From: Octopus sinensis
Taxonomy: Eukaryota
NCBI RefSeq assembly: GCF_006345805.1
Contig: NC_043001.1
Coordinates: 117,056,001-117,120,000, forward strand
Reading direction: 5' to 3'
Length of the DNA stretch: 64,000 nt
Positions 52,316 through 64,000 of the stretch are shown here, piece by piece. Numbering within the stretch: position 1 is the stretch's first letter; each line of letters opens with the position of its first letter. A program made the position numbers and the translations under genes. The notes beneath the pieces were generated by a model. It ran no database searches. It saw only the letters and a list, made by a program, of their open reading frames with translations, and was not told where the DNA came from.

Positions 52316-52829
52316 TTTAGTGGCCATAGCAGACAGTTGCTGTCTGTCAATAATACAAACCCAGGTGCTTTTATGCACCATGAGTCGATATGAGAGGTCC
52401 ACTCAGAGGAGGTAATGCAGTCATTTGTATGAAACTCACTCACACTCTGGATTTCCACTCATACTTCAAGATAAAAATTCACATGAGCCTCGGCTCATAC
52501 AATAAATTACTTAAACAGCAGTGCACATGTACCACTGTGAGGTTCTACTCTATATATATATTATCTATAGCATCATTTCTATGTATCTTTTTCCCATAGA
52601 TTGGATTGGTCTTCTCCAGTACAACCTCTTACCCTATTTGTTGCAGTCTTTTATGAGACCAGGAGATCATCTCATATCTGTCTGTTTTCTTCTGCAGCTG
52701 CCTTTCACTTCAATCATTTGACAATTCTTTATCTAGAAATAAATCCTCCACACATAACACATAATCATACTCGCCCAGTTTTCTTTCCTATACACTAAAG
52801 ATTATACCTGTTTGTATAACATATAAAAA

Positions 52830-53380
52830 AATAATAATAATGAAATTATTGTATACAGTGCTCAGGTGCACCACAACTTGTCAGAAAGTGCATATAAAGT
52901 ACATGCAGTAATGTAAAAATGTCTGGAAAGCGAACAATGTGTGAGTCAGATACATGCTTGTGTGTGTATGGAGGGGAGAAAATCAGGTGTAGTGTTGGCG
53001 AATCTCAGGAAGCATGGAAGTTTTGAAGGATGCAGTGCTCCAACAACTAACAACCGATGCCGGCAGTTTGCTCCATGCTTCAGCAACTCTCAGCGTGAAA
53101 AAATGTTTCCTGAAGTCATGGGAGCTGTGCTGTTTTCTGACTTTGTAAATATGTCCACGGGTGTTAGATGGGTGGAGTTTGAAAAGGTGCTCAGAGTTAT
53201 TGTTTGTACGATGGTTGATAATTTTATGGGTGTCTGCCAAGTCAGCTGCCAGACGTTGGAGTTTCAATGTGTCCATGCCCAGGGAAGTAAGGCGTTCAGG
53301 ATATGGCAAATGCCTGATGGAGGGTATTCTTTTGGTTGCACGTCGCTGAACAGCTTCCAGACGATTGATATCCTGGGCAA
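52830..53380 (-). mobile_element. CR1-group LINE 3' fragment
   Basis: DINRLEAVQRRATK...YPERL...NTRGH..K...RKHFFTLRVAEAWSKLP. Confidence 0.9.
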
Positions 53381-53419
53381 GATATATATATATATATATA
53401 ATGGCTTGCATGAGTCCAC

Positions 53420-54055
53420 CAGCTTATCTGTGCTCTCTTGCTTGTGCATATTAACATGACACATTCATAGAAAGCAGGCTCATTTCTTTCTTGCCTTTAC
53501 CACATCCACTGCATTCACTGCCCAGGTTTCACTAGCCTACCACACCACACCACACCACAATTCACCTGCATGCAATTTACAATTCACTTTTCACTTAAAG
53601 GCAAAATCTCTTTGTTGCTAGCAGAGGTAATAACTCTCTGAATTTTTTCCATCCTATTCTAATTATTGCTACAGTACTTTCAGAAGCCCACTACCATCCT
53701 TGTTGTTGATTAGATCATCTAGGTAACAGAAGCCTTCTACTACACCTAATGAGCTTCCCAGGCACTTGAAACAATTCATTTCATATGATCTTTTACCGTT
53801 AGCTACTATTATACATCTGTTACATATGAGTTCATTCCTTTCTGTTAGTCTGCCTTTGATTCCATGGCATCTTTCGTGTGCCCATTGTTTACTTTGGTAC
53901 ATAGTATAGAATTTCTACCTTCACCTTTTCTGCATATTTGGAATGACACCTGCCTGTATTGATTTACTATGTGAGTGATTAGTCTATGTCCCACAGTGCC
54001 ATTTATTTTCAGCATCTCAACAACTACCCCTGCTGGTCCAGCTGCTTGCTTTGTC
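53420..54055 (-). mobile_element. Decayed RTE LINE fragment (family of 525-2230)
   Basis: SLGVVEGFCYLDDLI and AAGPAGVVVEMLK pieces. Confidence 0.75.
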
Positions 54056-54276
54056 TTCATACATACATACATACATACATACATTGCTGAACAATTCTTT
54101 CTGCATATACTTAAGCAGAGAGTAAATGTGTGTGTGTGTGTGTGTGTGCATGATATATATTACAGATATATTTCACACACAGATACACACAAAATATTTG
54201 TTTTACTTAATCAATCATTCCTTGAGTCTTTCCATTCTGTTGTTATTTTAAAAGCATTTTTAAATAACAACCTAAA

Positions 54277-54369
<93 letters not shown>

Positions 54370-54733
54370 TCAGATGAATATGGTACTTAGTTAAGGCACC
54401 AGAATTTAGTATGGTATTATCCATACAATTTCAAAGTAAGGTTATTAAAATCAAAATAAGCAACAAGGATATCCAGATCCTTGTTGCTTATTTTGATATA
54501 TATATAGTGAAATTTGATTTAAAATTGTTAAATTGAATTTTTCCCTGTAAGTTTTGGAATTATATTCCCTACTATTATTATTATTATGTGTATATATATA
54601 TATATATATTATATATATATATATATATATACACACGTGTGTGTGTGTGTGTGTCTGTCTGTGTCTCTGTGTGTGCATGTGTGTGTGTGCGTGTGTGTGT
54701 GTGCACACGCATGCGTGTTTATGTCATTGTGTA

Positions 54734-55530
54734 CCAGGTGGTATGAAAAGGTTCTCAGACTAGTTATGTTTAATAAAAAATAACTTATTTACCTAAGTTT
54801 TAACATCATCTCCTTCAAAATAGACACATGACACAGCAATACACTGGTCCCAGCATTCTTGCCACTTTTGGAATCTGGTCTGGAAGTCGTTTTCCGTAAG
54901 CGAATTGAGGACCCTCTGCCATTCACTCTGGATCAACAGCAACCCTTGAGTTGCATTTTCCTCTTGGGTGAGTGCAGAAGTGATGCCATGTTGTTTTTGG
55001 CGAGAGACCCATGAGTGAGGAGATCTTAGTGAAAAATTCAATTCTTTGCACTCTACAAATCTGGTTGCTTTTACTGACTGTCCTCCTTCGAATACTTCAA
55101 ACCATTGCAGTAGAACTCCCAATTGATGGTCTGACCCTGGAGGATGAACTCTCAATGCACAATACCACATTTCTGAGGATGAATCTCGTGGCAGGTCTTC
55201 CAGGGACATTATTCTGCTTTTGAAGTGTCTGTGCCACATAAAACATTGCGTACGACCCATTGCCTTATCATCGTAAGTTTGTCAAAGCATGCTTAACATC
55301 TCTGTAGCAGACTTCCTAAGTTTAAAGCAAAATTTCATGTTGGATCTTTGTTCCTGTTCATGACAAAATCATAGACTACACAAATTCCACAACTTGTGAA
55401 GTAAACAGTGATGTCACTCAGAACACTGCCTCATCAAAGTAACTGCTAGCTCCCACTGCACACACAACCATGTGCTGCCATCTGTTGGGATGCTACAGAA
55501 CTAGTCCAGGAACTTTTTGATATCACCTCA
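54734..55530 (-). mobile_element. Internally deleted mariner element with ~30-bp TIRs and TA flanks
   Basis: TIRs ccaggtggtatgaaaaggttctcagactagt / actagtccaggaactttttgatatcacctca; peptides MGRTQCFMWHRHFK and FQKWQECWDQCIAVSCVYFEGD. Confidence 0.88.
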
Positions 55531-55752
55531 TATATATATACACACCCACACACATGCACACATATATCAATGATATTTTCTTCATGATTGCAAGAATGAA
55601 ATGCATGCGATGCATGTCTAAGTATATAAATATCTAAGGTACACAAGTGTAAGCACAAATAAATCTCAAGGTTTAAAATATGTTCTCCTTTTTGTCAGAG
55701 ATAGTTGGAAAGAGGGTAAATATATGCTAAATGTACCCCATCTCAATGGTAT

Positions 55753-55936
55753 AAATCCTTAAAATCCTTAAAAATGTTTTAGCCCGAAGGCCGCGGCCAT
55801 GCTGGGGCACCACCGCTGAATGAACTACACTAATTTGTGAATCCACCTCTGATACGTGGCACTTGATCAACAAGGGAGTTCAATGCTGCTGCCCGCATCC
55901 GCGTCTCCTGTCGTGAGGTAGGTTCATCTGGGACTT
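55753..55936 (-). mobile_element. Short 3' end of the CR1-group LINE seen at 8631-10025
   Basis: Near-identical to 8631-8812. Confidence 0.92.
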
Positions 55937-57099
55937 TTAATTTTTTAAATTATATGCTCTAACTTCAGTACAAAGAGTTACTCCTGATACATACATACAT
56001 ACATACATACATACATGCATTCATTCTTGCATACACACAGACACACACATATACATACACACTCACACATATGTATATGCAGACACATACATACCTCTCC
56101 CCTCCACACACACAATTACATATACATTCATAAATATATACTTATACTTGGACACATTAAGATATATACATACAAATCTCTCTTTCTGTCTAGTATTTCA
56201 GACAGAATGGAATGCAGATGGAATATTTGTCTGAAGGCACCGGGTGGAGGGGGAGTTCCAAAAGTCAAGATTATATTGGCGCTCTTATCCATTCCTGATA
56301 TTGACTGCATTTTCTTAGCTATTAAGCTAATGATACCATGTAACTGAGCTCGACTCTTTTACATGTTTATACATGTGTACATGTGAATGTCTGTGCATGC
56401 GTTTGTGAATCTACGCATTTATGTGTATGTATATGTGAGCATGTGTGTATGATGTATATATGTATATGTATATATGTATATATGTGTGTATGATGTATAT
56501 ATGCTTAGCACATACGCATATTTGTACGTGTGTGTGTGGTGTGTATTTCTGTCTGTGTCTGTGTGTATGTGTGTATGCATATGTGTGTGCGTTTGTATGT
56601 GAGTGTGTGTGTGCGTCATTGTCATCACCGTCGACATCATTATCATCATCATTTAACGTTCACTTTCCGTGCTGTGAATTATGTATAGTTTTCGGAAGTT
56701 TCCGAGGCAAACTTCTTAAAGCTATCCATAAGCCACAATTAAGAAATTTGCCTTGCAACTCCATAGTTTTAGTTTCAATTCTGCTGCATAGCACAATTGT
56801 GGGGTATCTTCTAATATAGACTCAGGCTAAACAATGCTTTGTGAGGGAATTTGGTAGGCCAAATCTGTGTGGACGGCCATTGTGTATATGTATATGTGTG
56901 TGTGTGTATGTATGTATGTATGTATGTATGTATGTATGTATGTATGTATGTATGTATGTTGTATGTATGTTTGTGTGCATGTGTGTGTATGTGTGTATAT
57001 AGGCATACATTTATGAGTGTATAAGTACATACTTGCATGGGGGAGTGTATGTATGTGTATGCATATATTTAAATATGTGGTTGTATATATGTATGTATG

Positions 57100-57151
<52 letters not shown>

Positions 57152-57190
57152 TAAATAAATGAAAGAATGGAGTCAAACGAAGATGTTAAC

Positions 57191-57286
57191 AAAATTCCTT
57201 TACTCTCGACACATGTTTCGAAGACAGCATGTTTTCATTCCAAAGGAATAAAGGGTGCATTATGCAATCTTCTCATCAGGAATTTT
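57191..57286 (-). ncRNA. Type I hammerhead ribozyme motif, canonical core with GUC site
   Basis: uuc-CUGAUGA-gaagau.gcau...augc.gucuuc-GAAA-CAUGUGU-C-gag. Confidence 0.68.
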
Positions 57287-57555
57287 CCATGCTGACGATA
57301 AACATAGGATAATTCATTCTCCTACTTAAATATATATATATACGTATGAATATATATGTGTGTGTGTGTGTGTGTGTGCATGTGTGTATATATATATAAT
57401 GTAATAATATATCTATATCTATGTGACCACGTGTGCATCGCTGGCAATATTTCTTTCCTTTCCTGAGCATCCAATAATAAACACAGTACTTGTTCCATGT
57501 CCTCGCATTGTTGTTTTTTCTTACTTGTTCTATTTATGGTGTTGGTGTTGCTGTC

Positions 57556-57595
<40 letters not shown>

Positions 57596-59027
57596 CTAAT
57601 GATCATGATGATGGTGACGACGACGACGACGATGATGATGATGATGATGCAAAAAGTACTCAAAACTTAAGTAAAGTGAAGTAACGTTCATTCAAAGTTG
57701 AGATAGTATGAGTTGCTACTTGGAGTTTTACATTTCCATTCCTTAGTTGACTGTGTATCCATACTTGGAATTGGCTTTCAATACAAATCTGGCTTTCTTT
57801 TTGATCAGCCGACAATTGGAATCAATTTGTGCAGAGTCTCTTGGTTACTGGTGGATAGGAGAGAAGAGAGGAAAAAATGGCAAAAGAAAGAATGAGAGAG
57901 AGGTAGAGACACAAAGAGATAGGCAAAATGGTGAAGAAGAACAAGAAGAAGAAGAAGAAGTAGAAGAAGAAGAAGAAGAAAGAGGAGGAGGAGAGGGAAG
58001 AGGATGAGGAGGGGAGGAGGGGAGGAAGAGGAGGGGAGGAAGAGGAAAAGGATAAAGAGGAGAAGAAGAAGAAGAAGAAGAAGAAGAAGAAGGTGGTGGT
58101 GGTGGCGTTGGCAATGATGATTGGATTGAGTGAAGAACAAAGCCAACAAAGACAAAAGACTAGAAGAGGAAGAGTATTGTGCTTGATGAGGCATGAAGAA
58201 TTTTTGGCTGGAAAATTTAAAATAAGGTAGCATTAGTCTTATATTGAGATTAATTGTTTTGTTTTTTTTCTGAAGTTGGTGGCTTGTCAGTCATGAGTAT
58301 GAAGGATAGTGATTTGGAGTTAGTGCTATGAGCTCCACACATATGCACATATAAATTCATGAATATTCACGCACATGCACAGACATAGTCACCCACAAAG
58401 ACTTGTGCATGCTTAACAATACAATTACATGTATACTTGTACATACCTTAACCTCTCGTTCTCCCTCTCTCCTTCTCTCTATTTCTCCCCCCCCCCCCAA
58501 TGCACACATATATATGGATAGATAGTTATGGATACATAGATATTTGAGTGTGTGTGTATGGCTGTGTGGTGTGGTAAGTAGCTTGCTTACGAACCACATG
58601 GTTCTGGGTTCAGTCCCATTGCATGGCACCTTGGGCAAGTGTCTTCTGCTATAGCCTCAGGCCGACCAAAGCATTGTAAGTGGATTTGGTGGACTGAAAC
58701 TGAAAGAAGCCCATCGTTATTATGTGTAATATATATATATATATAATATATATATTATATATCATATATATATATTATATATATATATATGTAATTAATT
58801 AATAAGGGTGAGAGAATTAGATACAATTTAATAGTATATTTATTTTTACTTGCCCTGTCCGTGTGAGCTAACAGTCGTACTGCTTTCATGGGAAACATGT
58901 ATTTTCGTGGTTGAACCTTTTGGATTAACTGGTGCTAGAGTGAGCAATATAGTGACCACTCTCTTATTTATATATATATGTAATATATATATATATATAT
59001 GTAATATATATATATATATAATATATG

Positions 59028-59168
<141 letters not shown>

Positions 59169-59544
59169 TGTGTGTGTGTGTGTATATGTTTGTGTGTCTG
59201 TATCTGTCCCGCCAACATCGCTTGAGAACCGATGCTGGTGTGTTTACATCCCCGTAACTTAGTGGTTCAGCAAAAGAGACCTATAGAATAAGTACTAGGC
59301 TTACAAAGAATAAGTCCTGGGGTCAATTTGCTCGACTAAAGGCAGTGCTCCAGTATGGCCACAGTCAAATGACTGAAACAAGTAAAAGAGTAAAAGGGTA
59401 AAAGAGTATGCATGCATATACACATATATATATTAATATATACTCATACATATGTGCAAGTATAAATTATCTGTGTACACACACAACACACACACACATA
59501 CACATATATATGGAAGTATATATGTCTCTTCTATTTTTTAATTA

Positions 59545-60062
59545 TTATAAATCTTCCACTGAGGAGGGAGCCAGTTTCCAACAAAGATACAAGGCTCCAT
59601 ATTTGGGATATAGTTAACACAGAAAAATTCACATTTGGAACTTGAGAAAAATCTTGCATATTTTTACTGTTCTGCTTATGGATTGCACTTGTAATGTACG
59701 AATTAGCCGTTCGATTTCTCTTCCTGGAAATCCCAGTTTATCCTGATTCTCCTCTAAGCATTTACTAACAAAACCTAGTGCTCCAATTATTATTGGTATG
59801 AATATGAATTCCTAGTCTGGATATAGAAGCTGGAGGCTTCGAAGCAGTTGTCCATCGATATCCTCTTTTTCTTTGATTTTTCTAGAGATATTTATATCTG
59901 CAGGGAAGCTGACCTCTATGATGGTACATATCTTTGCCCCTCTGTCCCAAACAACAATATCCAGTCTGTTATGTTTGCATTTGACAGAAGTTTTAATGGG
60001 AATATTCCACCAGTATTCCTTGCTTTGGTGTTTATGAATGTATTCCATAACAGAGGGATTTC
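59545..60062 (-). mobile_element. R4/Dong-clade LINE 3' fragment (restriction-like endonuclease and 3' UTR)
   Basis: HNRLDIVVWD..CTIIEVSFPAD..KEKE...IPIIIGALG is the REL-endonuclease signature; 3' UTR hairpin ggagcc/ggctcc. Confidence 0.85.
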
Positions 60063-60261
60063 CTAAGTATATTTCAGGACAGTCTAGGCACAGGAGTGGT
60101 TGTGTATGTATGTATGTATGTATGTATGTATGTATGTATGTATGTATGTATGTATGTATGTATGTATGTATGTATAGGAGCAGGAGTGGCTATGCATAGG
60201 TGAAGGAGTGGCTGTGTGGTAAGAAGCTTGCTTCCCAACCACATGGTTCTAGTTTCAGTCC

Positions 60262-61320
60262 CATGCTTCACCTCCTTATCCCATGTATTTTTGGGTCTGC
60301 TTCTTCCACAGACTCCCTCCACTGTTAGAGTGTGACACTTCTCCTCACTGTTGTCCTCATCCATATGCATCACACGACCATGCCAGCACAGTCATCTCTC
60401 TTGCACACCACATCTGATGTTTCTTATTTCCAACTTTTCTCTCAGGATGCTTACACTCAGTCAGTCATGCACACTGACATTGCACATCCAGTGGATCATA
60501 CTAGCTTCATTTCTTACAAGCCTATACATGTCCTCAGCAGCCACAGCCCATGTTTCCATATCCTCAGCAGTCATGGCCATGTAATGTAGCTGTTTGCAAA
60601 CAAGTATAATACAGTCTACTTTTCACTCTGAGTGAGAGGCCCTTTGTTACCAGTGGATGTAGGAGCTTTCTGAACTTTGCCCAGCCTATTCTTATTCTAG
60701 CAGCTATCCTCTCAAAGCATCCACCCCCACTACTGACTTGGTCATCTAAGTAATGGAAGCTATAGACTACTTCTAGTTTTTTCCCCTGGCATGTGATGGA
60801 ATCTATTTTCTGTACATTTTTGGTGTTTTTTGTACCTGTGCACTTTCCACACACAAAAACTATTTCCCTGTTAACCTTCGTCTGATATTGCTGCACCTCT
60901 TATGTGTCCATAGCTTACACCAGGTACATCTTATGGAATTTCTACCTATGCCTTTCCTACAGATTGATCAGGGCCATCTACCTGAAGGAATTTGTGATTT
61001 GTCTGCCTTCCTATTTCCTAAGACTTTGGTTTTTGTTAGGTTAACTCTAAGACCCTTCAACTCCAGACCTTGCTTACACACCTGAAACTTCTCTAGTTCT
61101 GGTAGTGATTCAGCTATTAGAGCAAGGTCATCAGCATCCATAGTTTCCACATTGACCACCAGATAAGGTATCGGGGGACCCTGTCAAAGGCTTTCTCCAT
61201 GTCAACAAAAGCCAATTACAGAGGTTTATCTTTGGCCAGGTATTTCTCTTGCAGCTGTCTTACCAGAAATACAACATCAGTGGTGCTTCTCCTTAGTGCA
61301 AAACCAAACTTGCAAACTAA
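60262..61320 (-). mobile_element. Decayed RTE LINE fragment
   Basis: ADDLALIAES, LRVNLTKTKV, ARIRIGWAKFRKL and LAFVDMEKAFDR. Confidence 0.88.
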
Positions 61321-61383
61321 CTCTCTCCCTAATTCGTTGGGCTATGACCCTTTCTGTGACTTTCATCACATGATCCAACAATC

Positions 61384-61438
<55 letters not shown>

Positions 61439-61463
61439 CATATATATACACACACATACATAC

Positions 61464-61496
<33 letters not shown>

Positions 61497-61509
61497 ATAT
61501 ATAATATAT

Positions 61510-62645
61510 ATATATAATATATATATATATATGCAGGTACAGTCGTGGCTGTATGGTAAGAAGATTGCTTCATAACCATATGCTTCTAGGTTCAGTCCCA
61601 CTGCATAACACCTTAGGCAATTGCCTTCTACTATGGCCTTGGACCAACCCAAGTCTGTTGAGTAGATGAAAAATGAAAGAAGCCTGTCGTGTATGTATGT
61701 GTGCGCGTGTGTGTGTGTGTGTGTGTATATATGTATGTTTGTGTGTGTGTACATACATATGTATGTATACACACACACGTCATATATATATATAAAGCAC
61801 ATGCATACACACATACATTCACACACAGATAAATATGCATGCATACAAACACATCCCATATACATAATAATAATAGCTTTAGCACATCAGATGACAGCTC
61901 ACATTGAGGCGATGAGACAGACATCTGTAAATTGCAGTGATGTATGCATATATCACAACATGACGTGCATACCTCCCTCTAGGTATCTAAGTATCTAGAA
62001 TTAAAGAGCCATGACAGACAAGTGTTAAGGTAACTGGTAACTATTTGAACTGAATGTTTTATTTCAGAGGGATTTCTAAATTTTTCTTATAAAAATAATA
62101 CCTACAAGTCAAGGTTTGATTTGGGAGGTTTAGTTCACCAAATGGATTTATGGAAGCACTCCGTCGGTTACGACGACGAGGGTTCCGGTAGATCCGAATC
62201 AACGGAACAGCCTGCTCATGAAATTAACGTGTAAGTGGCTGAGTACCCCACAGACACGTGTACCCTTAACGTAGTTCTCGGGGATATTCAGCGTGACAAA
62301 GAGAGTGACAAGGCTGGCCCCTTGAAATACAGGTACAACAGAAACAGGAAGTAAGAGTGAGAGAAAGTTGTGGTGAAAGAGTACAGCAGGGATCATCACC
62401 ATCCCCTGCCAGAGCCTCGTTGAGCTTTAGGTGTTTTCGCTCAATAAACACTCACAACGCCCGGTCTGGGAATCGAAACCGCGATCCTACGACCGCGAGT
62501 CCGCTGCCCTAACCACTGGGCCATTGCGCCTCCACCAAATGGATTTATTGCACATCCGAAGTAAACCAAGAGATTTTCTGGTGCCCACACAACACACACA
62601 CACATATATATATATATATACATATATATACACACACATACATAC

Positions 62646-62688
<43 letters not shown>

Positions 62689-62846
62689 GGTACAGTCGTG
62701 GTTGTATGGTAAGAAGATTGCTTCATAACCATATGCTTCTAGGTTCAGTCCCACTGCATAACACCTTAGGCAATTGTCTTCTACTATGGCCTTGGACCAA
62801 CCCAAGTCTGTTGAGTAGATGAAAAATGAAAGAAGCCTGTCGTGTA

Positions 62847-62890
<44 letters not shown>

Positions 62891-63735
62891 TGTTTGTGTG
62901 TGTGTACATACATATGTATGTATACACACACACGTCATATATATATATAAAGCACATGCATACACACATACATTCACACACAGATAAATATGCATGCATA
63001 CAAACACATCCCATATACATAATAATAATAGCTTTAGCACATCAGATGACAGCTCACATTGAGGCGATGAGACAGACATCTGTAAATTGCAGTGATGTAT
63101 GCATATATCACAACATGACGTGCATACCTCCCTCTAGGTATCTAAGTATCTAGAATTAAAGAGCCATGACAGACAAGTAACTGGTAACTATTTGAACTGA
63201 ATGTTTTATTTCAGAGGGATTTCTAAATTTTTCTTATAAAATAATACCTACAAGTCAGGTTTGATTTGGGAGGTTTAGTTCACCAAATGGATTTATGGAA
63301 GCACTCCGTCGGTTACGACGACGAGGGTTCCGGTAGATCCGATCAACGGAACAGCCTGCTCATGAAATTACGTGTAAGTGGCTGAGTACCCCACAGACAC
63401 GTGTACCCTTAACGTAGTTCTCGGGGATATTCAGCGTGACAAAGAGAGTGACAAGGCTGGCCCCTTGAAATACAGGTACAACAGAAACAGGAAGTAAGAG
63501 TGAGAGAAAGTTGTGGTGAAAGAGTACAGCAGGGATCATCACCATCCCCTGCCAGAGCCTCGTGGAGCTTTAGGTGTTTTCGCTCAATAAACACTCACAA
63601 CGCCCGGTCTGGGAATCGAAACCGCGATCCTACGACCGCGAGTCCGCTGCCCTAACCACTGGGCCATTGCGCCTCCACCAAATGGATTTATTGCACATCC
63701 AGAAGTAAACCAAGAGATTTTCTGGTGCCCACACA
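61510..63735 (+). repeat. ~1.14-kb tandem duplication; each unit has a SINE A head and a full SINE B (62152-62532, 63297-63674) with the same TSD
   Basis: Two near-identical units; TSD CACCAAATGGATTTAT around both SINE B copies. Confidence 0.93.
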
Positions 63736-63829
63736 ACACACACACACATACACACAACACACACACACACACGTACGTACATGCACACGTACACACACAC
63801 ACACACACACACATAGTTAAGTTAATTTT

Positions 63830-64000
63830 TGGGCTCAAAAAGCAAAAAGCAAGGCCATGTAGGGGGACATGGAGTTATGTACAGGGAGGGTGTTCATGCA
63901 AAGAGTTCAGGCCATTTGTGGTCAAGGGAGACTTTGAACCGAGCGGTCGTCGGCATCTTCACTATCTCGTCCGGCAGCTTATTCCACGGATCCGCAACCC
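63830..64000 (-). mobile_element. CR1-group LINE 3' end
   Basis: Minus frame VADPWNKLPDEIVKMPTTARFKVSLDHKWPELFA*. Confidence 0.8.

Noticed and set aside
59559-59600. CUGAGGA plus hairpin as a hammerhead
   Set aside because: No GAAA after the stem; better explained as the antisense of the R4 3' UTR.

Overview
Repeat-dense, AT-rich eukaryotic DNA. The SINE/LINE/microsatellite landscape is most consistent with an octopus (coleoid cephalopod) genome; this is an inference. One host gene is supported: a spliced TRMT12/TYW2 (tRNA wybutosine-synthesis protein 2) on the minus strand, with exon 1 at 41257-41312, a ~37.5-kb first intron, exon 2 at 3340-3707 and exon 3 at 2909-3059. Its remaining exons lie left of the window. 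The rest is tRNA-derived SINEs, RTE, CR1 and R4/Dong LINE fragments, mariner, Mutator-like, MITE and Helentron-like remnants, fold-back palindromes and microsatellites. Most ORF-track entries are microsatellite or SINE artefacts. The main unexplained signal is RNA structure: about 13 hammerhead-ribozyme (HHR)-like cores of the kind carried by Penelope-like elements and retrozymes. Three of them (13681-13741, 32329-32390 and, more weakly, 31023-31088) have their core strands in a non-circularly permuted, pseudoknotted order that is none of types I, II or III, with compensatory base changes between two copies. All pairings were read by eye and no folding or database search was run.
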